A stretch of 63,954 nt of DNA, the filler included, from Sanchytrium tribonematis (taxonomy: Eukaryota), in the NCBI GenBank assembly GCA_018985235.1. It is 5 parts of 5 records of this genome, joined end to end, with 100 filler letters (N's around TTAATTAATTAA, not from the genome) between each part and the next. Parts side by side here need not be neighbours in the genome. Positions count along the whole stretch, not along the records: positions 26,442 to 39,437 come from JADGIG010000202.1; positions 39,538 to 52,491 come from JADGIG010000203.1; 3 more parts are not named here. One strand, written 5' to 3'. The notes under the pieces are model-generated. The model was not told the origin of the DNA and made no database searches. It saw only the letters and a program-made list of their open reading frames with translations. Below, one piece after another: positions 33,701 to 42,907 of the stretch; the first letter of the stretch is position 1; each line of letters begins with the position of its first letter. Both the position numbers and the translations under genes were made by a program.

Positions 33701-33813
33701 GACTAGGGTGTTTGATGAAGCAATATCCCGAATCTTTAGCTACAATTAGCAATTTGTATTTTCAACCAAACAAAGCCATCGAAGAAGTATTCGAAGATGT
33801 ATTTAAACAATAG
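30796..33813 (+). CDS. Large hypothetical, probably alpha-solenoid protein (~1005 aa)
   Basis: Uninterrupted Leu-rich ORF; no confident motif. Confidence 0.7.
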   Translation: MSDQLSADIRYALKKLDVPFVIERSQSVDYRILHDHDYKDHLLLFSSSFVIDNNGHYPYQLVELLSENHKQEIILRSIAGQKPCCNLLSCLRFYKSNISSRILKFYLQLNPELFSATSLVDNLAETEETFEVLTDIERFDILKAYKLLQDTRYDISLVYHLPIILQSYIFTFHFELVFKKGWDYRVLLRNSLYLDKQCRHHIFRMLEPLGFEGDIHFLLRGFDDGERDDEDEFINNEIMSSYNFNQLLVAYSFLSDDLRTKRKRITHINRLELKLLSNITFKDKWCLKAIILLKDRKPLECLSLMLQLLDCDLVSTSVVTTCFEVINNLWNSLDHFIKRDLITQFVLPMLYKSYNAPLVTRKALDIFYRFEDDDFIDLKRIICLSLCPPLPAILKPKIKQQDDQEITIEIPNIYYDHQVGCSALKCLSSIPVKSIYEYIKSEAKEIFSYVASLKSDDANYLLRYIAENEVEDLNRSNYLSEHTHSKYSNTIMNPESELQFDNNWLTLLLIIQLPYTKEQFNFDYLNIVEMSHEIIRFSQFIYHASGDKKQIVMRYLSQLYDSVSQVRFKSSAHMCALGCLYNVSTNQTIKLMEDNQFMTLLIKFYDILDSAERGYAFSGFKIFYQNVEFSTPFKLHTGNVLIEKIQDISSIDIPALSTSNNFARVEDQRIILWRIGFCKENQDLLSLCTADSLSYLKLAVEYITNRVNPHKLYTATAIYTPPKYTLLFHILENKMWKCLEFESVLPTIDFPDPSFTIIENQAPFNPTLSSYFLNHFNRYLNRDGFKLLLNLFGIFDEEFNSKINKRGKKTSMSCLDPTDIRAIDKFTTKIDWLLFASVLKSHTCIVNVEAAKFVQNYLFEKLSHSGSESLLQFDYKGLQYHFQDCIFENIGGEFIMLNVMKLLERNIQLQASEFVSHDLEGIYLKHLPKLMTRSQFIDLMMYHKRSFEEIMAVLEVIGKNEILKLESNRLGCLMKQYPESLATISNLYFQPNKAIEEVFEDVFKQ

Positions 33814-34438
33814 ATAACTGCTCTTGGAAAGTTTTTTTACGATAGATTACTGATTGCGTAAACAGAATAAGGCTCATTAGTATGCTTGCACAAGACAATA
33901 ATACCTTGGTCGAGTTCAATCTCAAAATATCACTGTAAATTAATTTTTGAACATATCCGTCATAAAACAATTGAGAAATGCTCAGTATTCCACCTAAAAT
34001 ATCCATGGCAATGCTTTCTGTAGAATATCCGATTGTGCTTTTTCTTTGATAGTTTAAAAATATTTGTGGCATGTACTTTATAAGAGTAATAAAAACTTTG
34101 ATATATCCCAACAAAATAAAGCTTATATTATACAATATAAATAATACGAGAGGAACTCCGAGGTATCTCCATTGCCAACCATCGTAAATCCAAGCTTGGA
34201 TCAAAATAATTGAGGAAAGAATCAATGCGTGTGCCGCGAATATTTTGTCATTAAGACTCACTAAGTTGGTAGAATATAGTGTAAATAATAAATATGCAAA
34301 AAAACCAAAAATATTTAAACACAAAAGCATTTTTGAAATTGCAGTACAAGATTTCAGCTTCCAATTTAAATAAACGTGCGGATAAAATGAGAACGACCAC
34401 ACGAAGAAATATGACCAACCTAAAATTTCGGATATCAT
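33803..34438 (-). CDS. CTNS: Cystinosin/Ers1 PQ-loop transporter
   Basis: GWSYFFVWSFSFYP, NDKIFAAHA, KYMPQIFLNYQRKSTIGYS, DILGGILSISQ. Confidence 0.88.
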   Translation of the reverse strand: MISEILGWSYFFVWSFSFYPHVYLNWKLKSCTAISKMLLCLNIFGFFAYLLFTLYSTNLVSLNDKIFAAHALILSSIILIQAWIYDGWQWRYLGVPLVLFILYNISFILLGYIKVFITLIKYMPQIFLNYQRKSTIGYSTESIAMDILGGILSISQLFYDGYVQKLIYSDILRLNSTKVLLSCASILMSLILFTQSVIYRKKTFQEQLSIV

Positions 34439-34548
34439 GTTTTATGGGCAAAATCACCCGTGCTCAGGTAAAATGACTTGGTGACACTTCGACAGTGTGC
34501 CTCAGATTTCATATAACTTCTTTTCTCCATCTAAAACCTTAAAAATAT

Positions 34549-35788
34549 ATGGGGAAGGAGAATTTTGATAAAGGATTTGGTACTAACGATTCCTTTAACA
34601 GATCACCATATCCTAAAAGAATTAGGAAAAAGAGAGATTTGAGTTTTGCAGAGGAGAAAACTAGAGAAACGATGAATTTAAAAATTTTATCAAAAACACA
34701 TGCGGAAATTAAAAATCATAAAATGAAGCCATTCAAGCTGTCTCAAATCGAAATCAAACAGCTAAAAGAAGTTGTTTTTGGGAGTCACAAACGCTCCATT
34801 CCGGCCAGTTGGAAAAATAAGGGTTTTGAAATCAATCGATATTGCACATTCGGATTTATGCAAAAAAGGGGTGGTCCTTGTACGGTTTTGGCAAGTATAA
34901 ATGCTTTCCTGATCAAGCATTTGTTGTTTTCAGAGTTTCAAGATTTTGATTGTTTAGTTGAAGAATCTATACCACTTTTAAAGCCTTCTGAAGAACAAGT
35001 CTACCGAGCTTTTTCGTACGCCCTTACAGAAATTCTCTGGAAATGTGCGAGCAACACAAGAGTTGTAAAGCTTTGTGTTTTTAATGACACTCAAACTGAA
35101 ATATCGAAATGTGACGGAATTACCGAATATATGCAAATTTTTCAATTTAAATGTAAAGACAATCTCGAGGAAATGAGAGATTGTGCCAATTTTATTTTTG
35201 ACAATATTGAAATATTTAAAGGAAACACAATAAGGAATTCCTCTCATGCAATACTGGCGACACTATATAGTTGCATATTAACCAGAGGGTTTGATCAAAT
35301 TATGAGAGATGTATCCTGTAATTTGCCGCTAATCGATAATGACGAAAATGCATTTGGAAGTCAGAGTGTTGTCAATTTAATGTTGGTGGGAGAGGCAATT
35401 ATTGACACACTTGATCATGAACAGGCTAGCATTATCGGAATGCAAGGTATAAAATACAGGAGTGAAATTGGATTTATGACTCCAATAGCGGAAATGGTTG
35501 GGAATAGATTGATGAATCCCAAACACCCCATTTGGATTCTTCATTTTGATAGTCATTACACAGTTATGTTTAAACCCTCGAGTAACAGCAACGTTTACAC
35601 GTATTATGATATGCTAGCGCTAAAAAATAGTCTATATTATTTTGAATTAAAAGATGGTGGTATTTTATTTTTATTTAGAGGCTAAGACTCTCACTGAAGC
35701 TTTGAAAGATGACAAGATGAATGAAGACACCATTCAGTTATGTTGCCTTATGAAATGGCCAGGGCAAACTGTCGAATACCTCAGTTGA
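34549..35788 (+). CDS. MINDY3/4-family deubiquitinase; exons 34549-35659 and 35679-35788
   Basis: QKRGGPCTVLAS (catalytic Cys), PIWI...SHYTVMF (His); splicing restores LCCLMKWPG C-terminus. Confidence 0.85.
35660..35678 (+). other. 19-nt spliceosomal intron GTATTTTATTTTTATTTAG
   Basis: Restores the MINDY terminal KWP motif. Confidence 0.85.
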
Positions 35789-35803
35789 TTCACTCAAAAT
35801 AAA

Positions 35804-36286
35804 CTAGACTATAATCCCAATGTGTTTTTTCTCAAAACTATCAATCCAAACCAATATACCTTGGCAATAAGGGACCTTCCACTTGATACCTACAACCTGA
35901 AAAGAAACTAGTGATAGTATAACGTAAATAAAGATTGTATTAACCAGCATATTGCCAAAAATTAAACTTCCAATAACAACAGTCAGACAAGCCAGTCGGT
36001 AACCAATATTTAACCTCATGACTGCCAGCCAATTCCTTTTCAAGTACAGATATAGAAAATAAATTAGTAAAAATATGAAATTTAAGTTGAAAACGGCGCT
36101 GTGGAACAAAAGAAAGATTGCATAATGAATGTACACAAAAAATGATACCAGTGGGACGTGCTGTATATATATTGATAGTATATCTAAGATAATTAAAGTA
36201 TAAGCAACATATTCGTTTGAAAACAAAAATACTAATAAAATGGGCGAATATTTGAGAGGGAAGTGGTATGAGATACAAGGGTACAT
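35804..36286 (-). CDS. Hypothetical multi-pass membrane protein
   Basis: Very hydrophobic 160-aa ORF; CCCCTT motif upstream of the ATG. Confidence 0.55.
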   Translation of the reverse strand: MYPCISYHFPLKYSPILLVFLFSNEYVAYTLIILDILSIYIQHVPLVSFFVYIHYAIFLLFHSAVFNLNFIFLLIYFLYLYLKRNWLAVMRLNIGYRLACLTVVIGSLIFGNMLVNTIFIYVILSLVSFQVVGIKWKVPYCQGILVWIDSFEKKHIGIIV

Positions 36287-36374
36287 TCTCAAGGGGTGAA
36301 TTACAAAATAAGTGAAGTCAGATGAGGTGAAGGAAGAATTTGAGTCTGGATCAAATTTTGGGAAATTTCAAGCC

Positions 36375-37785
36375 ATGTCAACAAGACAGGCTGTCAAAAG
36401 AAAACCAATTGTTTTAGACACCTTCGTTCCAACAGAATTACCAACCAACGCGATTGAATCTCATAACAAGCAAGAAAATATTAAACTGAGAATGCCAAGC
36501 TCACAAACAATACCCATAAATAATTTGAAGAAAGTTCCAGAGCTTAAACCTAATTTAATGAATCATGTTAAAAATTCAAGCAATTCTTTAGATGTTACCT
36601 CTTTGGAAGTTCATGGGATCCCCCAACAGTCAAGTAGGAAAGCTACGATTTCAAGCATCGATGATGAATTTCATGACACCTCATCTTTGGAATCACCTAA
36701 GCGGCAGGGATTTATGAACACAATTAAAGCAAAAGGAAGGGTTAGAGAATTAAATAGAAAAATGTCAATATATGATCCTAAAAACGAAACGAAATCCTAC
36801 AGACATGAAGTGGCATCTGCTTTGCTAGAGAAAAAGACAGATAGTGATGAGTACTTTAGAATGAGGGACGAACTTCAAAAAAAAGAAAATGAATTAAGGC
36901 GTCTAAGGGAGAAAATTTCCATCTTAGAAAATGGAAATGCTGTCAAGAATGAAACAAATTACAAAGTAGCATGTTCTATTTTGAAAGAGTTGATAAAAGT
37001 CCAAACTGGCCAAATTCCTATGGAGGAATCGGATTTAATCAACGATTTTCTCTCATCCATTCCTAACCACTCACGAGATCATTGTGAGAACAATTTAGAC
37101 ACCGAAGCAGAATATAAGCAAATTATAAAAGAGTTATTTTTTGTATTAAGACAGGCGATTCAAAAGAATTTGCTTTTAAATGATCATTTGAATCAACTAG
37201 GACTAGGTCTTCCAAATACAATAATACAAAAAAATGCCCTGTCACAATTAGTTGCAAAATATGAAAATCTATTTAACTCTGAAGAAGACGAGCCTACCAT
37301 TGAATTACCGATTGAAAATATAGAAGAGAGTATTAAAAAGCAGTTGGAGTCTATTGAATGTGAGAAATGGGATCGAGAAGCAACTAATCGCGAAATAATT
37401 TCTGAATATACAGTAATTTCGATTCATGTAGAGTAAATTCAAGCAAATTATTGATTGCTTATTAAAGTCGCGTCAAGATTCTAAAGTTGAATTAAAAATA
37501 ATTGAGGATTCTGAGCTTTCGACTGACGACACAATGATAGAGTCTCAACATCGCAACATTATTGAGAAAGTGACGTCTGAAGATCTGTATAAGTTAGATT
37601 TTTCAATTATAGCAAACTCCGTCGCCGCATTGGATTCAAATCAATGTCAACTTCAAGATGTAGAGGCCGATGACTCAAAATTTTTGAAGGACAAGGTTAA
37701 ATTAGATAGCCACAACTCGTTTGGGCTTACAGATTTGCCTTCCATCTCATTAGATATCGACTTCAGTAGTTTGACATTCGAGTAA
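36375..37785 (+). CDS. Hypothetical coiled-coil protein; exons 36375-37412 and 37432-37785
   Basis: Two ORFs joined in frame by a 19-nt intron; start uncertain. Confidence 0.65.
37413..37431 (+). other. 19-nt spliceosomal intron GTAATTTCGATTCATGTAG
   Basis: Fits the consensus (A-6, T-8) and opens the frame through to 37785. Confidence 0.75.
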
Positions 37786-37829
37786 ATTAGTTTCATTTCC
37801 ATTCTCGGTATTCTCCGATTGTTTCTTGT

Positions 37830-39437
37830 ATGATAAAGCGATCTCGTTCCTCCCTTGATTTGCCGAAAACTACTTCCTACCATTCATCTTGGATGCACAA
37901 AACTCCAGTTAATTACATTTTCAAGTATCATGGAAAAGTAGGTTTACTGTGCACAATATCTGAAGATGGTATCCTTAAGTTTTGGTCATTGCCAAAAATC
38001 GAATTTATCAAAAGCATCAAGCTTTGTGAGAACGTAATAGATGCTCATTTATTTCAAGATAATCTAATCGCCATCTGTAACAAAGAAAATAGAACTGATT
38101 TAATTTTAACAAGTATAGCGTCAGCCGATGTTTATTTTTCTAAAAATCTCTCCAAATTATATCATTTATGTTTAACAGACTCGAAGAAGATTTATTTAGT
38201 TTGCGGCAAATCTATAGACGTAATTTCATTCAGTGGCGATGTAATAGGTAATATTAAAGTACATGATCGCGCTATAACTACAATCAACTATAGCGCTACA
38301 CTAGATTTGTTGATATCTACGGATGAATCTGGTACAGTCAACATTTACTCCACAAATGAACCATTTCAGCCCAAAAATGTAGACTGGACAAGGAAATTTC
38401 AAACAGACTTGTATCTCTTGAATAAGCTAAATATTCATGCTATGAACTCCAATATTTCCAATGACGGCCTTTTGGTGTCTTTGTATTGCAACGATCAGGT
38501 TGTTCGTATTTTTGAAATCAAGAGTGGTAAACTCATTTTCGAGTTTGCAACATCGCTTGAGGATTTTAAAAGTACCTTGGAATACTCTCCCACAGAGTTT
38601 GCTAGACGCCAGGCTGTAGAGTTATCACTGGGTTCGAATCCTATAAAGTTGGGTCTCGAGTTTGACCAAACTGACAATTATATTTTGATTTCAACTTGGC
38701 AAGGAATTCTTGTAGTGAATATTAAATCAAAATCAATAGAAGCTGTTTTTGGTCAAGAGGATGCTTGTAGATTCAATAGATGTGTCGTTTATCAGCACAT
38801 AAAAGCAGATTTATCTACAATGGAGCTAGCAACTGCTGAAAATCCAACTTTTAAAGACATGATGACTATTGAACCTGTAATAATTGCAAGTGCCATCGGT
38901 AGCAGGCGCTTTTTTGTATTTAATAATGAGGAACCCTTGACAACCAGGGATTATCAAAATGAGATCATTGAAAAGGCCGAGGCTAATGTCAAAAACGATG
39001 AAGAAACAATGCAAATTGACGTAGAAAATCTGCCTAAACAAGCAGTACTTCATACAAGTAAAGGGGATTTTAAAGTTGAATTCTACCCTGAATATGCTCC
39101 TAAATGTGTTTATAATTTTACTCAATTAAGCAAAAATGGAAAGTACAGGAATTTGCTTTGGCATAGAGTGGTAAAGGGCTTCATGAATCAGACCGGAGAC
39201 CCGAAAGGCGATGGAACTGGAGGTGAGAGTATTTTCGGGCACCCTTTTTCAGACGAAATAGGCCTTCAGCACGACGCGTATGTGCTATCTTTTTCTAATC
39301 AAGGTCCCAACAAAATCACTAGCCAGTTTTTTGTTACTGTGAGGCAATGTCCTTGGTTGAATTTGAAATATTCTGTTTTTGGAAAGGTTATCGAAGGAAC
39401 TGATACCATACACGCCATCAATGATGTCGAGACGGAT
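37830..39437 (+). CDS. PPWD1: WD40-cyclophilin PPWD1, 3'-truncated
   Basis: SWMHK, DGILKFW, QTDLY, EFARRQAVE, HRVVKGFMNQTGDPKGDGTGGESIFG. Confidence 0.9.
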
Positions 39438-39537
39438 NNNNNNNNNNNNNNNNNNNNNNNNNNNNNNNNNNNNNNNNNNNNTTAATTAATTAANNNNNNN
39501 NNNNNNNNNNNNNNNNNNNNNNNNNNNNNNNNNNNNN
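39438..39537. other. Artificial contig linker
   Basis: N44-TTAATTAATTAA-N44. Confidence 0.98.
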
Positions 39538-40273
39538 ACAAAGACTATATGAGTATTTTTTATTGCAATTGAAGACAACTGAGGAAGTCACCAAGCTTGA
39601 TATTCAACATCTAGAAGAAAAACAACTAGGCATATCTGAAAAATTGAAATCGGAAGAGTTGAAATATCTTGAAGACAAAAAACACTATGATAATATATTA
39701 TATGGACTTGGAATAGAAATCGAGAGAGTTCAAAATGAAATGAAAATAGGAATTTCAAGAGAATCAAGCTTCAAGGAACAGGCGTTTAAGACACTTGGCA
39801 CAATCAGATCAGAATGGGAATTGTACGAGGCGGATGCGCTACAAGCAAAACATTTGAAGTCTCTCGAACTTGAGAAAAGTTATAATGAGTTTCTTAGATC
39901 TCTTCAAAACGAATTGGACGATTGGATAGATCGGAAGAAAAGAATACAATTTGAGCTGGCTGAGTGGGAAAATAGATTTAATCAGGAGTCGTCAGAAAAT
40001 TTAGATGTTATTTGTCGCCTTGAAGCTGAATTAGCATCAAAGACCAAAATGTTGGAAGAAACAAATCGAAAATTGAACGATATCACACTAGTTTACAACA
40101 AAATTTTGGAGGATAAAGAAAATATGTTGAAAACTCAATTTAACGAAAAGTTGCTTAATCTTTCACAACGAATTGCTGCAAAAAAGATCCAAAAACAGTG
40201 GAGAGTATATAAAATAAAAAATCCACCTTTAAAAAAAGACAAGCTGAATGTCAAAAAGAAAAAAAGTAAATAA
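39538..40273 (+). CDS. Coiled-coil IQ-motif protein, DRC10/IQCD-like, 5'-truncated
   Basis: Long coiled coil, C-terminal AAKKIQKQWRVYK IQ motif and poly-Lys tail. Confidence 0.55.
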
Positions 40274-40332
40274 TTAAAGATATGCACTACATTTTGATCG
40301 TGTTGTGAAACCATTTAGAATTCCCTTTAGAT

Positions 40333-42810
40333 ATGCAAAAAATCGAAGAAAATAAGTTGGAGGAAGCTCTGTTCTATGAATTTCAAGACCAGCTTATTCA
40401 AACACAATTTGAGGTAGAACAGAAGAGATTGGAGAAAGTGGAAGCAGAATTAGATTTGCTTCCTGATGATGAAGAACTTTTGATTGAGTATAATTCGATA
40501 TTGTCAAGAATGGCAAATCTTAAGGAACAGCTGGATCGCAATGTCAGTTCTTCAGAAGATGAAATAATTATAGATGTAGCAGATGCACAAAAAGATGATG
40601 TTTCTGTTGCTGAAATTGAAAAGACTCCTGTGATTGATGATATGAACAATCAAGATTATTCCACCAGAGTATCGAATTTGCCCAAAATTGAAAAATTTCT
40701 CACTTTTGAGATTCCCAATTCGATCAAAACCAGGTTATTTGACTATCAAATAGATGGTGTTAATTGGATGGTAAATTTATACAAAAAGGGTAAAGGTGGC
40801 ATATCGAGTGATGAGATGGGGTTGGGTAAATCAATACAAGCAGTTGCATTTCTAGCAGGATTAGCGTGTTGCAATATCCTAAAGAATGCTTTAGTAGTCA
40901 CGCCTGGCACATTGCTTATACAATGGATGCAGGTATTTCACCATTGGTTTCCACATTTTAGAGTTATTGTATACCACAATACCATGACCACTAGTCTGAA
41001 GAAGCTAACAAAAATTTTAAAAGAACGCGAAATTCCAATTATTATCATAACAACTTACGAATCTATCAGACTTCACAATTTTTTCAAGAGATCGTGGGAT
41101 TGTTGTATACTTGATGAAGGTCACAAAATAAGAAATGATTCTGCCCAAATTACAAAAGCATGTAAACAAATTAAAACGCCCTATCGATTTATTTTATCAG
41201 GGACTCCGATTCAAAATAGCTTGAAAGAGCTATGGTGTTTAATGGATTTTGTATACCCTGGATTGCTGGGTACATTAGATATTTTCGAATCTCAATTTAT
41301 TGTTCCAATTAATTTAGGAGGCTACACTAAAGCAACAAGCATGGAAGTAAATGCAGCATACAGCTGTACCTTAAGCCTGAAAAAATTAATAGATCCCCAT
41401 TTTTTGCGAAGGCTAAAGAAGGATGTGGCAAAACAGCTGCCGAAAAAATCAGAATATGTTTTAATTTGCGAATTGACAAGCTCTCAGTATACACAATACT
41501 GTAACTATATTGAAAGCGAAGAAGCCTCCAAAATTTTTAATGGTAAGTTGAACATTCTTGTTGGAATCGATATGCTCCGAAAAATAGCAAATCATCTAGA
41601 TTTAATTTCTGAACACTCCCGCACGCAAGCGTATTTGGAGACCAGTGTAACTGAACTAGCCAGTAAAAGTGGGAAGTGCAAGATATTGTTAGAATTAATG
41701 ACCAAATGGAATTCAGAAAATGTTGAACTTAATTCGAAAAATAAGTTGCTGCTTTTTTGCCAGACGCGGCAGATGCTAGACATATTAGAGCGTCTGATCT
41801 TTCTTTCTAATTTCAAGTATCTTAGAATGGATGGGAACACTTCTATGAAAAATAGACCGTCTTTAGTTGATAACTTTAATCAAGATGACGAGATTTTTGT
41901 CTTTTTACTTACAACGAAAACAGGCGGATTAGGGTTGAACCTGACCGGCGCCAACAAAGTTATAATTTTTGATTGTGACTTTAACCCATCTAATGATGAG
42001 CAAAGTAGGGAAAGAACTTACCGTTTGGGGCAGAAGCGAGAAGTAGAAATTTACCGCCTCATTTCTTCGAAAACAATCGAAGAGAAAATTTATCACCGTC
42101 AAATTTTTAAAAAGTTTTTGGCAAATAAGATATTAGATGACCCTCATCATAAACGATTTTTCAAATTCGAAGATATGAAGGATTTATTTGCAAAGCCAGA
42201 TCTTTCTAATATTGCAGAAACTAGAAAGGAGATTTCGAGTATAGCGGGAAAAAGAAAGACGTTTATACGAAAGGGTTCTGGCCCAGAGCAACCAACCAAA
42301 GACAAAATTTTTGATATATTGCAAAACAAGTCTGTTAAAGCTTTGAATCACGATAATATAATGCAGTCAGGCTCTGATACACATTTAGTTCAACGCGAGG
42401 CCGAGAGAATTGCACAAAATGCATTAGCCGCACTACGGGAAAGTCGAAAAGTTAGACATTATGAGATGTCAGAAGTTTTAGAACCTATGCTAAAGAAACG
42501 GCGGTTAGATAAGAACCATTCTTCTTCAATTTTGGCAGGACTTAGAGTCAAAAAACAAATAGATTCTGGATCACCAAGTGCTGTGAGAAGCGTAGCACTT
42601 TTGAATGAAGGAAATAAGGAAGCTATGATAACCGAAATCTGCTCGTATTTAAAACATTGCAAGCCAAGTACCAAGGAAATTATATCGAAATTTTGCTCAA
42701 CCATGTCTAGTAGTGATAAAGCAATATTTTCGAAAATGCTAAAAGGAATTGCAATTTTAAAGAAATTAAAAGAAAGTTCTTATTGGGAATTAAAGGATGA
42801 GTTTCGTTAA
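40333..42810 (+). CDS. RAD26: SNF2 ATPase Rad26/CSB
   Basis: DEMGLGKSIQ, LDEGHKIRN, GTPIQNSLKELW, PINLGGY, GGLGLNLTGAN, IEEKIYHRQIFK; C-terminal winged helix. Confidence 0.92.
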   Translation: MQKIEENKLEEALFYEFQDQLIQTQFEVEQKRLEKVEAELDLLPDDEELLIEYNSILSRMANLKEQLDRNVSSSEDEIIIDVADAQKDDVSVAEIEKTPVIDDMNNQDYSTRVSNLPKIEKFLTFEIPNSIKTRLFDYQIDGVNWMVNLYKKGKGGISSDEMGLGKSIQAVAFLAGLACCNILKNALVVTPGTLLIQWMQVFHHWFPHFRVIVYHNTMTTSLKKLTKILKEREIPIIIITTYESIRLHNFFKRSWDCCILDEGHKIRNDSAQITKACKQIKTPYRFILSGTPIQNSLKELWCLMDFVYPGLLGTLDIFESQFIVPINLGGYTKATSMEVNAAYSCTLSLKKLIDPHFLRRLKKDVAKQLPKKSEYVLICELTSSQYTQYCNYIESEEASKIFNGKLNILVGIDMLRKIANHLDLISEHSRTQAYLETSVTELASKSGKCKILLELMTKWNSENVELNSKNKLLLFCQTRQMLDILERLIFLSNFKYLRMDGNTSMKNRPSLVDNFNQDDEIFVFLLTTKTGGLGLNLTGANKVIIFDCDFNPSNDEQSRERTYRLGQKREVEIYRLISSKTIEEKIYHRQIFKKFLANKILDDPHHKRFFKFEDMKDLFAKPDLSNIAETRKEISSIAGKRKTFIRKGSGPEQPTKDKIFDILQNKSVKALNHDNIMQSGSDTHLVQREAERIAQNALAALRESRKVRHYEMSEVLEPMLKKRRLDKNHSSSILAGLRVKKQIDSGSPSAVRSVALLNEGNKEAMITEICSYLKHCKPSTKEIISKFCSTMSSSDKAIFSKMLKGIAILKKLKESSYWELKDEFR

Positions 42811-42907
42811 ATTTGGTCATAATTGATTGACCGCAATATGATAGCAAGTATATCGGAATGTTTTATGAAATAAAATTTAATCTCTTTCTAGGGTCAAGTT
42901 AGGAGAA

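Noticed and set aside
38631..38641. GGTTCGAATCC tRNA T-loop/B-box-like motif
   Set aside because: Lies inside the PPWD1 coding frame with no cloverleaf stems.
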